Below, in pieces: positions 29,657 to 38,855 of a DNA stretch of 64,000 nucleotides. Below the pieces are notes generated by a model that worked only from the letters and a program-made list of their open reading frames with translations, was not told the origin of the DNA and searched no databases. How positions within the stretch are numbered: the first letter of the stretch is position 1; the number at the start of each line of letters is the position of its first letter. The translations under genes were made by a program, and so were the position numbers. Source of the stretch: a bacterium (lineage in GTDB: Bacteria; UBA8248); the NCBI GenBank assembly GCA_965200245.1, contig CBDATS010000005.1:128001-192000 (forward strand). Direction: 5' to 3'.

Positions 29657-30736
29657 ATGAGCGACCATTCTCAGGAAAATCTTGCGTTCGGGAGCGAGCG
29701 GGTGAAGGTGCGCGACACGCCCGAGGCGATGGCGCGACTACTTGAGGCGAGAGGCTGGGGCGACGGCCTTCCCGCTGTTCCCCCCACGCCCGATCGCGTC
29801 GCCCGGATGGTGGAGGGCGCAGGCCTCGCGCCTGATGAAGAAATCGGGCTCATGCCCCCTCGCCAGGGCGTCATCACGGTGAAAGCCCTCGCCGTGAACG
29901 CCGTGATGGCAGGCTGTCTACCGGCATACATGCCCGTTCTGTTGGCGGCAGCCCGCGCGGTGCTCGAACCCGGGTTCTCGCTCCACGCCATTCAGGCGAC
30001 GACCCACCCCGTAGCACCCCTCATCATCGTGAACGGCCCCGTGGTCGAAGAAATCGGCCTGAACGCCGAATATGGATGCTTCGCCCCCGGCAACCGGGCG
30101 AACGCGACGATTGGCCGTGCGATGCGCCTGACGCTTCTGAACATCGGCGGTGCGAGCCCCGGCATCCTGGACCGCGCCACACAGGGGTCGCCCGCCAAAT
30201 ACGCATTCTGCATCGCCGAGAACGAGGCCGCCTCCCCTTGGGAACCCCTCCACGTCGAGCGCGGTTTTCCGCCAGAGGAGAGCACCGTGACGCTCGTGGG
30301 CTGCGAGGGACCTCACAACATCAACGATCACGTGAGCCACACGGCAGAGGGAATTCTCGCCACCGCTGCCGACACCATGTCCGTCATGGGGTGCAACAAT
30401 TTCTATCTTCGTGGCGAACCCGTTCTCGCCCTCGGACCCGAGCACGCAGCAACCATCGCAGGAGACGGCCTTGCGAAGGCGGACGTAAAGCGGAGAATCT
30501 TCCAGCTCGCCCGTAAGCCTGTGCGGCAACTGAAGCGTGGCGCCATGTGGGGAATGCAGACCTGGGATGAGAAAATAGCGAACAACGAGGGCGACGATGA
30601 TTTCGAGATTCCCCTTCTCGACAGGCCCGAGGACCTGCTCCTCATCATCGCGGGCGGCGCCGGCAAACACTCCTGCTGCATGCCCACTTTCGGACCAACG
30701 CGCTCGGTGACGCGAAAGATCGAAGTCGCAGGATGA
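29657..30736 (+). CDS. Hypothetical protein of the type found next to UGSC genes
   Basis: Motifs GWGDGLPAVPPT..RV..M, AVNAVMAGC.P.YMPV, PGNRANATIGRA and AENE..SPWEP; starts 13 nt after the selenoprotein stop. Confidence 0.8.
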   Translation: MSDHSQENLAFGSERVKVRDTPEAMARLLEARGWGDGLPAVPPTPDRVARMVEGAGLAPDEEIGLMPPRQGVITVKALAVNAVMAGCLPAYMPVLLAAARAVLEPGFSLHAIQATTHPVAPLIIVNGPVVEEIGLNAEYGCFAPGNRANATIGRAMRLTLLNIGGASPGILDRATQGSPAKYAFCIAENEAASPWEPLHVERGFPPEESTVTLVGCEGPHNINDHVSHTAEGILATAADTMSVMGCNNFYLRGEPVLALGPEHAATIAGDGLAKADVKRRIFQLARKPVRQLKRGAMWGMQTWDEKIANNEGDDDFEIPLLDRPEDLLLIIAGGAGKHSCCMPTFGPTRSVTRKIEVAG

Positions 30737-30739
30737 TGG

Positions 30740-31240
30740 TCATGTTTTCATCAACTGTATTCTTGAACCCGACCAGTCCGAGCGGTAGCCCGTTGACGAA
30801 CAAGACAATATCCGGAAGGCGTTTCTGTTTGTTATCGACGACGGTGAACTGATTGACCGCCAGCCAGTCGTTGTTTGCGGGGCCGTCGAAATCCACAGCG
30901 CAGGCCGACACGTCGCGGACCGCGTCGTTATCGTCACGGTGTTCAACCGTGATCCCATGATGAGCATCCGGTGGAACGAGCGGTTACGAACCTCCAGCGT
31001 CGTCCCTTCCGGGCGCGTCAATTGGCCGAACACATCCTGATGGGCGGAGGCGGCAGAACAGGATTGAGGTGGGCCATTTCATCGCAAGGCGTCCTTCAAG
31101 AATCACGTCGCTATAATCAGCACGCTCCGCGCGCAGCACATCGGGGCAACACCGACATCGTGGGTGATATTCCAGCCGAGGTTCTCAAGCCATTCGAGCA
31201 GGATGATTTCAACGTCGGATCCGGTTAAGCGGCGCGCCCT
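30740..31240 (-). pseudogene. hsdR: Type I restriction endonuclease HsdR, N-terminal relic
   Basis: Fragments in different frames: SDVEIILLEWLENLGW, LTRPEGTTLEVRNRSFHRML and VDFDGPANNDWLAVNQFTV...PDIVLFVNGLPL. The helicase part is absent. Confidence 0.85.
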
Positions 31241-31282
31241 TGGTCAACTCCGAGACAACGTTGGCGTCGCGGAAATATCCAC

Positions 31283-31567
31283 TCATTCGGACTCGTCGTC
31301 CGTGAACGGGATTTCCCTACCGGAACTTCTCGTACCCGGGCTCTCCAGATTCACCCCACGCGGCATGTTCTCGACCAGCCATCGTCCCATCGATTTACGG
31401 GGCGGTCTTTTCCAATACCACTCCCCGGCGGACACGACCACAAAAGGTCGCCTCATCCCGATATGTTGGGGCCCCTCCTCCTCTGCGAGGCGCAACACTG
31501 CGGACAGACGCGCCTTGGCCTCCGCAACGGTCCATACTCGATGGGGCCTAGAATGCCGTTCCGCCAT
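31283..31567 (-). CDS. Phd/YefM-family antitoxin (no toxin partner)
   Basis: WTVAEAKARLSAVLRLAEEEGPQHI...VVVS Phd signature. Confidence 0.8.
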   Translation of the reverse strand: MAERHSRPHRVWTVAEAKARLSAVLRLAEEEGPQHIGMRRPFVVVSAGEWYWKRPPRKSMGRWLVENMPRGVNLESPGTRSSGREIPFTDDESE

Positions 31568-31668
31568 AATCCCCTCAAGCAAAGTAATATAGTCCCGTAC
31601 AGGCTATACTTAGATCGACGTCAAGACGTGAACGTACCGAACGTGACGCGTCGGTCGGAAATTGTGCC

Positions 31669-31704
31669 TCAAGTGATGTTTGCGTCGAGAAGATAACCGG
31701 TCAT
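31669..31704 (-). pseudogene. DUF4411/PIN-like nuclease stub (MTGYLLDANIT*)
   Basis: Its ATG overlaps the ImmA/IrrE stop (ATGA). YLLDAN is the typical first strand of PIN-fold proteins. Ends after 11 codons. Confidence 0.6.
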
Positions 31705-32852
31705 TTCACCACCTCGACTTCACGCCCAAGATTGTTAAAGGTTTCGGTCCTGGAAACTCCAAGCATCCGAAAGGCGTCTCGATAGAGCGTTTGTCCTTCG
31801 AGCGTACTCACTACAAGCGCGCGGGCGAACCGCCGCCCGACCCGTGCGACCGTCGTGCGATAGAAGTCGCCACCGCTGTCCGCTCGGACGAGTTTCCGCA
31901 GACGTTCGTTCTCTTGCGTCCAGGCGGTATCGAAGCGCTCGCGAGTTAGCCAGCCTGCGTCAAGCAGTCGTCGCAGAATGACCAGCGTGCTGACCTTGAA
32001 AGTCCGCGCCAAGCGGAACAGGAAGTTGTGGGGCGGCTCGTCGTCGCGAAGCCTGGCGCGAATATCTGCAAGCGGTACGAGAAACTCTGCCGCCACCGCG
32101 TTGCACCACACCTCCTCGCGGCAGAATCCCGTATTCAGTACGGCCCCAAGATTCGACAAGGCAGAGGCACCGAGCCAGATATGCGCAAGTTCGTGTGCGA
32201 GCGTGAACATCTGCGCCGCCTTCGTGTCCTTGCCGTTGACGAAGATCAGCGGCGCAAGCGGATCGCACAGCGCGAAACCGCGAAACTCGGCGGGATCGAG
32301 ACGCCGGCGGTTGTTGCTCATCACGATACCGCTCACCATGACGAGCACACCGGCCTCGTTGGCCTGGCGGATGAACAAACGCAAAGCGTCGTTCCAGTTC
32401 GGACACTTACGGCGGGCGTCAAGACTGAAACCTAGGGTCTCTCGTATCTGGGTCGCGACAGTTTCAGGGAACGTCCGGATAGAGGCACTACCGACGAAGC
32501 TGCGTTCCGGCTCGCCGGCGACGCGGGCGAAATCCCGATACCAGCCCTGCCGTTCCCGGCAGGCGTAAATCGTGTCCAGCATATTCGGGCTGGGTCGTGT
32601 GACCGCATGACCGGCAAAGGTTCGGAAATCCGGAATGGGCACGGATTCCTCCGGCGGCTCCGAGAGGAACAGACAACCGACCGGCGCATGGACGGCACGT
32701 GCAAACGCCTCCACCTGCCTCAGGGTGGGCTGCTCCTGGCCGGCCTCCCACACAGGCAGCTTTTTGAATTTCACCGCCAGATCTCTCTGTGCAACCCCGG
32801 CGCGCTCGCGCGCCCAGCCGAGGAGTTCGGGATTGACGGGGATTCGGATCAT
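31701..32852 (-). CDS. XRE-HTH + ImmA/IrrE-family zinc metallopeptidase
   Basis: N-terminal HTH (LGWARERAG...WEAG..QPTLRQ), EFRGFAL, FTLAHELAHIW (HExxH) and EVWCNAVAAEFL. Confidence 0.9.
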   Translation of the reverse strand: MIRIPVNPELLGWARERAGVAQRDLAVKFKKLPVWEAGQEQPTLRQVEAFARAVHAPVGCLFLSEPPEESVPIPDFRTFAGHAVTRPSPNMLDTIYACRERQGWYRDFARVAGEPERSFVGSASIRTFPETVATQIRETLGFSLDARRKCPNWNDALRLFIRQANEAGVLVMVSGIVMSNNRRRLDPAEFRGFALCDPLAPLIFVNGKDTKAAQMFTLAHELAHIWLGASALSNLGAVLNTGFCREEVWCNAVAAEFLVPLADIRARLRDDEPPHNFLFRLARTFKVSTLVILRRLLDAGWLTRERFDTAWTQENERLRKLVRADSGGDFYRTTVARVGRRFARALVVSTLEGQTLYRDAFRMLGVSRTETFNNLGREVEVVK

Positions 32853-33065
32853 GGGCGCTCTCCCGCCAGACTCGCCAACGCAGCCTTCAGGACTGGAAGC
32901 AGACCTTGGCGGTGTGTTCATCCGGTGTGAAGCCTGAGGCCATTTGCTGGTATGGGTGGGTGTAGTTTCGGAAATCGCGCAAGCCGTGACTGAACTTCTT
33001 GATGCCAAGTTCCCCAACGCCGATCTTGCACGCATAGTCAATCAACTACGCAAGTCTCCATTCGT
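32853..33065 (-). pseudogene. C-terminal relic of a HEPN-like protein
   Basis: Translates as ...LIDYACKIG...KKFSHGLRDFRNYTHPYQQMASGFTPDEHTAKVCFQ (RxxxH-type motif), with stops, a frameshift and no N-terminus. Confidence 0.5.
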
Positions 33066-33074
33066 AACCCGCAC

Positions 33075-33200
33075 CTCCCCATTCCGAGCTCGGAATAGAT
33101 CGGCGCGGCATATGCTCCAGGCCAAAGTATGGCGTGCTCTGCACAACATCGGCAGGGCGAAGGCCGCGTCGCGGAACTTCTGCGACGTCTGCTCGGGGTG
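33075..33200 (-). pseudogene. hsdS: Type I R-M specificity subunit HsdS relic
   Basis: DVAEVPRRGLRPADVVQSTPYFGLEHMPRRSIPSSEWG resembles the start of an HsdS target-recognition domain and lies between the hsdM and hsdR relics. Confidence 0.6.
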
Positions 33201-33220
33201 CCATCACTTTTCACAATCGC

Positions 33221-33586
33221 TCAGACTTCTTCAATGGACTCGACCGACCCTCCTGATATGCGATGGTTCGACGTGCCACAAATCAATACCACATAATCTT
33301 TCTCGATCTCATGGTAAAACCGCTCCGGCAAGCGTGCCCAGTCTCTCGCCTCCACCAGAAAAGGAATGTTCGACTCCCGCACCGCCTCCTCGAAATCCAC
33401 CAATTGATCGATGGGAATTTCCGCAAGGTCCGGGCCACGCAGGACCAGATCGAGATCGCTTCCATCATGGCTTCGCCCGGTCACGCGGCTTCCATAGGCC
33501 CATACCTCCACACCTGGCAGATGTTCCCGCAACAGGGCATCGAGTTCGGCGCGATGCCGGGGCTTCAGGTGCAGCCGTTCAGCCAT
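33221..33586 (-). CDS. Minimal nucleotidyltransferase (MNT antitoxin)
   Basis: VWAYGSRVTG....SDLDLV and ESNIPFLVE; overlaps the HEPN gene end. Confidence 0.88.
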   Translation of the reverse strand: MAERLHLKPRHRAELDALLREHLPGVEVWAYGSRVTGRSHDGSDLDLVLRGPDLAEIPIDQLVDFEEAVRESNIPFLVEARDWARLPERFYHEIEKDYVVLICGTSNHRISGGSVESIEEV

Positions 33587-34004
33587 CCTTACCCGCCTCG
33601 ATAATATCGGCCAGCGCCTTCGCATCGACGATGAATGTCGGCAGCAACTTCAGCGTGGCCTCGGCAAACTTCTCACCATAGTCGTGCCCGGTGTCGTTGC
33701 GATTGTCGCGGTATCGTAGCCATCGCTCCGCCGTCTCCACGTCGATCAGCCCGTGCTTCGCGGCATGGCGAAACAGATCCCTGAAGACCAGGCGGTCAGC
33801 CTGTCGATTGCTGGCGAAGTAGGCCGCAAGACGCTTGCGCAATAGCTTGCCACCCTGTTCCAGAATCAGTTCGAACTACTTGACGCAGGCGGCACGGTAG
33901 ACGTCATAGAGGAAATCATCCGATTCGCCATGGACGCCGATCCCCTCCAGAGCACGTTCCAGCGCACCGATACAGCGACGCAGGAATGTTGTGTCGATAC
34001 TCAC
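33579..34004 (-). pseudogene. HEPN toxin / nucleotidyltransferase substrate-binding protein with nonsense codon
   Basis: Two in-frame ORFs join as AACVK*FELILEQ (TAG 33876-33878, probably from GAG). HEPN motif RNDTGHDY is present. Confidence 0.85.
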
Positions 34005-34385
34005 GCGGCGCACTCCCGGAAGCCTGGCACCTTGTAGTTCTCCTCGGTGGCTATGTCCACGGATTGAATCCCGGCCTGCTGCTTCCGCCATTGGGCCGAC
34101 AGTCAAGGCGTTTTCTCCTCAGCGGGGGTGATGAAGCCGATGCGCGAATTGGTCGATACAAGTGTCCAAAACGCCATCTGCTTCCCCATACGGCCAGAAC
34201 CGAGGCATGACCTTCCTCGAAAGCGTCAGAGGTGTACTTGAGGAAATCAGCCCCAGAACGACATGCTTGCTGCCGTATCCATCGAACCGCGCAGAGTATC
34301 GGTCATCGCCCAAAGTTCGTGCTTATGACCCGTCACGGCTCAGGTGTCGGATTTTGGGTCTTTGCCAATGCCTCTCGCGCCAGCG
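34001..34385 (-). pseudogene. hsdM: Type I R-M methyltransferase HsdM relic (N- and C-termini joined by a large deletion)
   Basis: N-terminal pieces ELWAMTDTLRGSMD / KHVVLGLI / LKYTSDAFEE, then C-terminal EEK..LSAQWRKQQA...DIATEENYKVPGF, all within about 400 nt. Confidence 0.75.
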
Positions 34386-34924
34386 CCTTTCGTTCCAGGT
34401 AAAATCAGCACAACTGAGTCTGTTCCCTGTCTCATTATACCGAAAACCAGGCATCACCATGAGTTTGCTATTGCCGATACGGCAGTTTACAAACCGGGAC
34501 AATGACTGTCATCCGACAAATTCGGTGAACTGTCACTTTTTATGCTTGCTGGATCAAGTCACACGCATTTGCTCAAAATAAAAACAACAACAGAAACTCG
34601 CGTCGCCTGATTTCTGACAAAGAAAAAGAAGATGGGCAGTTACCGGCAATTCGGCCTGACAGGTTTTCTTTTCGAGCGATATTCCCGGCAACGCAAGAAT
34701 GAAGCAAATCCTCCAAGCGCATGCCGCTGTCGGCGGCAAAGTAGCATCGGCTTGTTTCGCGATACTGGACAGGAACCGTTCACGTGCTCCCCTGCCCAAA
34801 GTCTGGCATTATCTGCGGCCCTTCCGGTGTGGACTATCCTGCCTCAGGTCGTGAAATCACCTGAGCTATTGTATAACTGAAAGTATTCCTTTCAATTATG
34901 CGCGATTGATGGTATCATATTCGC

Positions 34925-36106
34925 ATGATCGAGCGGAAGATTACCCCTTGTCTGGTGGAATTGTTTCAACAATATCCGTTCGTCACGGTGACCGGACCGA
35001 GACAGTCCGGCAAAACCACCCTTTGTCGCGCGGCCTTTCCGAATCTGGAATACGTCAACCTCGAGGCACCGGATCAGCGGGAATTCGCAGAAACCGACCC
35101 CCGGGGCTTCCTTTCCCGCCTGGGCGACGGCGCCGTCCTGGACGAGATCCAGCGCGTCCCTGAACTCCTGTCCTATCTTCAGGTCATGGCGGACGAAGTG
35201 GGACAAAACGGCCTCTTCGTGCTGACGGGCAGCGAGCAGTTCCGGCTTTCCGATGCTATCAGCCAGTCACTTGCCGGTCGCACGGCGCTACTGCGCCTGT
35301 TACCGTTTTCACTCGCCGAAAGGCGACAGGCGGGCGCGAGCGAAGGGGTCGACAACATTCTCTACTCCGGCTTCTATCCCCGGATTCACGACCAAGGGCT
35401 CGAACCCCGACAAGCGCTCGGCGACTATTTCGAAACCTATGTGGAACGCGATGTGCGCCGGATCGGGGAAATCCGCAATCTCTCCAGTTTCCGTCGATTC
35501 GTCCGTCTGTGCGCCGGCCGTGTGGGACAACTGATCAATCTATCGGCCCTGGGTGCGGATGCCGGCGTTTCCCACACCACGGTACGCCACTGGTTGACAA
35601 TTCTTGAAGCCAGCTACATCGTTTTCCAGCTTCCGCCGTTTTTCGCGAATGTCCGCAAGCGGCTGGTCAAGTCGCCCAAGCTTTACTTCCACGATGTCGG
35701 GCTGGCAAGTCATCTCATCGGCATCGAGCATGCCGGGCAGTTGGGCACCCATCCGCTCCGGGGAGCGCTGTTCGAGAACGCCGTCGTCGCAGAGGTCCTC
35801 AAGCACCGTTTCAACCAGGGGCGCCGTCCCAACCTGTCCTTCTTCCGCGACGTCAGGGGACTCGAGTGCGACCTTCTCTACGAAAACGGCGACGGGGTGG
35901 GCGTCATCGAAGTCAAGTCCGGCGCGACGGTCGCATCCGACTGGTTCGATGCCTTTCACCGGGTGGCGAAGACATTGCCCCAAATCATCCTCAGAGCGGT
36001 CGTCTACGGCGGTTCGGATCGGCAGTCCCGCCGGGATGGTGAGGTGATTCCCCTGGTCGCGCTGGGCGAAGTGCTCGATCAATTCGACGGGCGCAAACCA
36101 ACCTGA
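34925..36106 (+). CDS. AAA+ ATPase (AAA_14 + DUF4143)
   Basis: GPRQSGKTT, LDEIQRVP, LTGS, SLAGR, KSPKLYFHDVG and a nuclease-like tail ECDLL...IEVKS. Confidence 0.92.
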   Translation: MIERKITPCLVELFQQYPFVTVTGPRQSGKTTLCRAAFPNLEYVNLEAPDQREFAETDPRGFLSRLGDGAVLDEIQRVPELLSYLQVMADEVGQNGLFVLTGSEQFRLSDAISQSLAGRTALLRLLPFSLAERRQAGASEGVDNILYSGFYPRIHDQGLEPRQALGDYFETYVERDVRRIGEIRNLSSFRRFVRLCAGRVGQLINLSALGADAGVSHTTVRHWLTILEASYIVFQLPPFFANVRKRLVKSPKLYFHDVGLASHLIGIEHAGQLGTHPLRGALFENAVVAEVLKHRFNQGRRPNLSFFRDVRGLECDLLYENGDGVGVIEVKSGATVASDWFDAFHRVAKTLPQIILRAVVYGGSDRQSRRDGEVIPLVALGEVLDQFDGRKPT

Positions 36107-36237
36107 TGACATCTCCATAGGAGCCGCATACATATAACCACGGATAAACCATGAACTCCCGCAAGAAATGTCTTTCCCTGCCCCGCTGATATCCTCCGGC
36201 GCGCCTGCACGAACACCACCGTGAGCACGATAATCGC

Positions 36238-37239
36238 CTAGAACACGAACACCGCGGCCCCCGGCAGACCAATGCTGCGCTGCAGCGAATCGGATCCCGA
36301 CACCAGCACCGCGAAAACGGCAGCGGCTATGGTGACCCCAAGAGGGTTGTTGCGCCCGATGACGGCGATCAGGATGGCCATCGCCCCGTAGTTGGGCGCA
36401 CCTTCTGCGCCACTGATGCCGAGTAACAGGCTCTGGTGAAACCCGGAGACTTCGAGCGCCCCCGCCAAGCCCGACAGCGCGCCGCAGGTCGGCATGATGA
36501 TAAGTGTTACGTGTGCGACGTTGATGCCGCCAAAACGCGCTGCCCGGGGGTTGTCCCCTACCGCACGAATCTCATAGCCCACGATGGTGCGCGTCATGAA
36601 AAAGTACATGCCCAACGCCGCCGCCAGCGCGATGACGAAACCGAAGTGCGCACCCGCCTTCGGCATCATCTGGGGCAGCACCGAGGCGTCCGGAATCGGG
36701 AGCGAGATGGCCTCCCCCGCCATCGGGTCGTTCCAGGGGCCGTTCGCGAGATAGTCCACGAGATAGAGCGCGACGAAGTTCAGCATCACCGTCACGAAAA
36801 TCTCGCTCACCTGAAAGCGCACACGCAGGATACCGGGAATGAAGCCCCACAGCAATCCGCCGGCTATCCCGCCCAGGAGACCCAGCGGGACGAAAATCGG
36901 CCAGGGGAGGTTCAGTCCCTCTAGCGCGAAAGCAGTTCCCGTCATGCCGATGGCGCCCGCGTATATCTGCCCGTCCACGCCGATGTTGAAATGTCCTCCC
37001 CGCATTCCGAAGGCCACGGCGAGCGATCCAAGCAGAAGCGGACAGAACTTGTTGAGCGTCTGCGCGAACCCGCCCCATGTGCCGAGCGAGGAACGCAGAA
37101 CGGTGCCGAACGCGACAAGCACGTCGCCTCCGAAGGCGACGATGAAAACGGCTCCGCACACGAGCGCCAGCGCTCCCGCCGACGCATAGGTGACGGCAAA
37201 ATCGAGTGCTGCTTCTTTTTTCTCACTTGAGGCCGCCAT
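36238..37239 (-). CDS. Nucleoside/BMP-type ABC permease, probably truncated by a premature TAG
   Basis: FNIGVDGQ, SEIFVTVMLNFVA, GYEIRAVGDNPRAA. Hydrophobic sequence continues in frame after the TAG (AIIVLTVVFVQARRR). Confidence 0.85.
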   Translation of the reverse strand: MAASSEKKEAALDFAVTYASAGALALVCGAVFIVAFGGDVLVAFGTVLRSSLGTWGGFAQTLNKFCPLLLGSLAVAFGMRGGHFNIGVDGQIYAGAIGMTGTAFALEGLNLPWPIFVPLGLLGGIAGGLLWGFIPGILRVRFQVSEIFVTVMLNFVALYLVDYLANGPWNDPMAGEAISLPIPDASVLPQMMPKAGAHFGFVIALAAALGMYFFMTRTIVGYEIRAVGDNPRAARFGGINVAHVTLIIMPTCGALSGLAGALEVSGFHQSLLLGISGAEGAPNYGAMAILIAVIGRNNPLGVTIAAAVFAVLVSGSDSLQRSIGLPGAAVFVF

Positions 37240-37240
37240 G

Positions 37241-38791
37241 TCAGGAACCCGCTTCCTCTCTTTGGCCCGCCATGAGCGCGCCGATCTGGAAGAGATCGTA
37301 CTCGGGGCCGTCGAAGGCGCCCAGAATCTCGCCCGCATAGATGACGATGATACGGTCGCTCATCAGGCGGAGTTCATCCAGATCTTCGGATATCAGCAGA
37401 ACGCCCGCACCCCCCGCGCGAAGCTCCCGCAGCCGGTTGTGCACGAAAGAGGCGGCCATCACATCCAACCCGCGCGTGGGGTTGTTCGCGATCATCACCT
37501 TCCCGCCCGTCTTGTGGGCGAGCATGACCGCACGCGCTACGATGGTCTTCTGTATATTCCCGCCAGAGAGATTCGCTGCGGGCGCACGCTCGTTCCTCGC
37601 CAGGATATTGAATTCCGCAATCGCGTTTCTGCCCATATCGTGAACGGTTTCACGCTCGAATACGCCGCGCCTCTTGAAGACGTGCGGGTGCAGGCCAAGT
37701 ACGAAATTCTCCGCAACACTCAGGCCCGGCAGAATCCCCTCCTCTATCCTGTCCTGCGGCAGGAGACTCATTCCCCGCGCAATTCGCCCCGACACCGAAA
37801 GGTTTGACACCTCCTCGCCTTCGATGTTGATCTCGCCTGATTCTGTTTCGATTAGCCCGGCCACCGCTTCGGCCAACTCCTTCTGACCGTTACCCGAGAT
37901 GCCAGCCATGCCGACGATGAGTCCCCGCGGGACTTCGAAGGCAACGTTTTTCAGGGGCACACCGTATAGTTCGGAAGTGCAAAGCCCACGCACCGAAAGG
38001 GCTGGATTCCCCTCCCTCGCTGCCGATGGCCCGGTTGGCCGCTCGTTCTCCGGAGGCAGACCGCGCTCGCCCATCATCATCTGGACCAGCCTCTCGCGGG
38101 TGGCTTCCTCGAGAAGGATGGTGTCCACCTTCCGCCCGCCGCGAAACACGGTGATGCGATCGCAGTTGTCCAGAACTTCCTGTATCTTGTGCGTGATGAA
38201 GATGACCGTCAGCCCCCCCTTGGCGAATGACTTCAAGATGGAGAACAGGCCATCCACTTCGTGGGGAGTCAGCATGGTCGTCGGCTCATCGAGAATCAGG
38301 ATATCCGCGCCATGATAGAGGGCTTTCAATATCTCGACTTTCTGCTGAATCCCGGCGGGCAGGTTTTTTACCTGCTCGTCCAGCGGGATGGAAAGGCCGT
38401 AATTCGCCGCGAGTTCCTCTACGGAACTGCGCCGGGCTTCGATGTCGAGTTTCCAGCGCGAACCCTCGCGCCCGAGCAGTATGTTTTCGAGTGCCGTGAA
38501 GTTGCCAATCAATTCCACGTGCTGGTGAACCATACCGACGCCGACCGCAATCGCATCCTGCGGGGAATGGATATCCACCTCGCGCCCTTCGATCAAGATT
38601 TGCCCGTCATCCATGCGGTACAGCCCGCTCAGGATGTTCATGAGCGTGGTCTTGCCTGCACCGTTTTCCCCCAGAAGGGCGTGTATCTCTCCCTTGGCGG
38701 CCTCGAAGTCCACGGTGTCTAGAGCACGGACTTCCCCGAAGGACTTGCTGACGCCGCACATCTCGACGCAGGAGGGAATCGTTTCCGTCAT
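37241..38791 (-). CDS. Sugar/nucleoside ABC transporter ATP-binding protein (two NBDs)
   Basis: GENGAGKTT, GMVHQH, ILDEPT, ITHK, LSGGNIQK and PTRGLDV. Confidence 0.93.
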   Translation of the reverse strand: MTETIPSCVEMCGVSKSFGEVRALDTVDFEAAKGEIHALLGENGAGKTTLMNILSGLYRMDDGQILIEGREVDIHSPQDAIAVGVGMVHQHVELIGNFTALENILLGREGSRWKLDIEARRSSVEELAANYGLSIPLDEQVKNLPAGIQQKVEILKALYHGADILILDEPTTMLTPHEVDGLFSILKSFAKGGLTVIFITHKIQEVLDNCDRITVFRGGRKVDTILLEEATRERLVQMMMGERGLPPENERPTGPSAAREGNPALSVRGLCTSELYGVPLKNVAFEVPRGLIVGMAGISGNGQKELAEAVAGLIETESGEINIEGEEVSNLSVSGRIARGMSLLPQDRIEEGILPGLSVAENFVLGLHPHVFKRRGVFERETVHDMGRNAIAEFNILARNERAPAANLSGGNIQKTIVARAVMLAHKTGGKVMIANNPTRGLDVMAASFVHNRLRELRAGGAGVLLISEDLDELRLMSDRIIVIYAGEILGAFDGPEYDLFQIGALMAGQREEAGS

Positions 38792-38855
38792 TAATTTCAT
38801 CCGTTCCAAGCGCCCCACCCTCTGTACCGGGGCGGGGCGCTCGCATATTCCGTTT

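Noticed and set aside
33081-33096. Perfect 16-nt palindrome ATTCCGAGCTCGGAAT as a recombination or operator site
   Set aside because: It is a single copy inside the hsdS relic coding sequence, with no recombinase nearby.
24981-36240. Three in-frame TAG codons (24981, 33876, 36238) as amber recoding or pyrrolysine
   Set aside because: They fall where Trp, Glu and Gln are expected, each one substitution from TAG, and TAG ends intact genes such as gdhA, carB and aroF normally. Nonsense mutation is the simpler reading.
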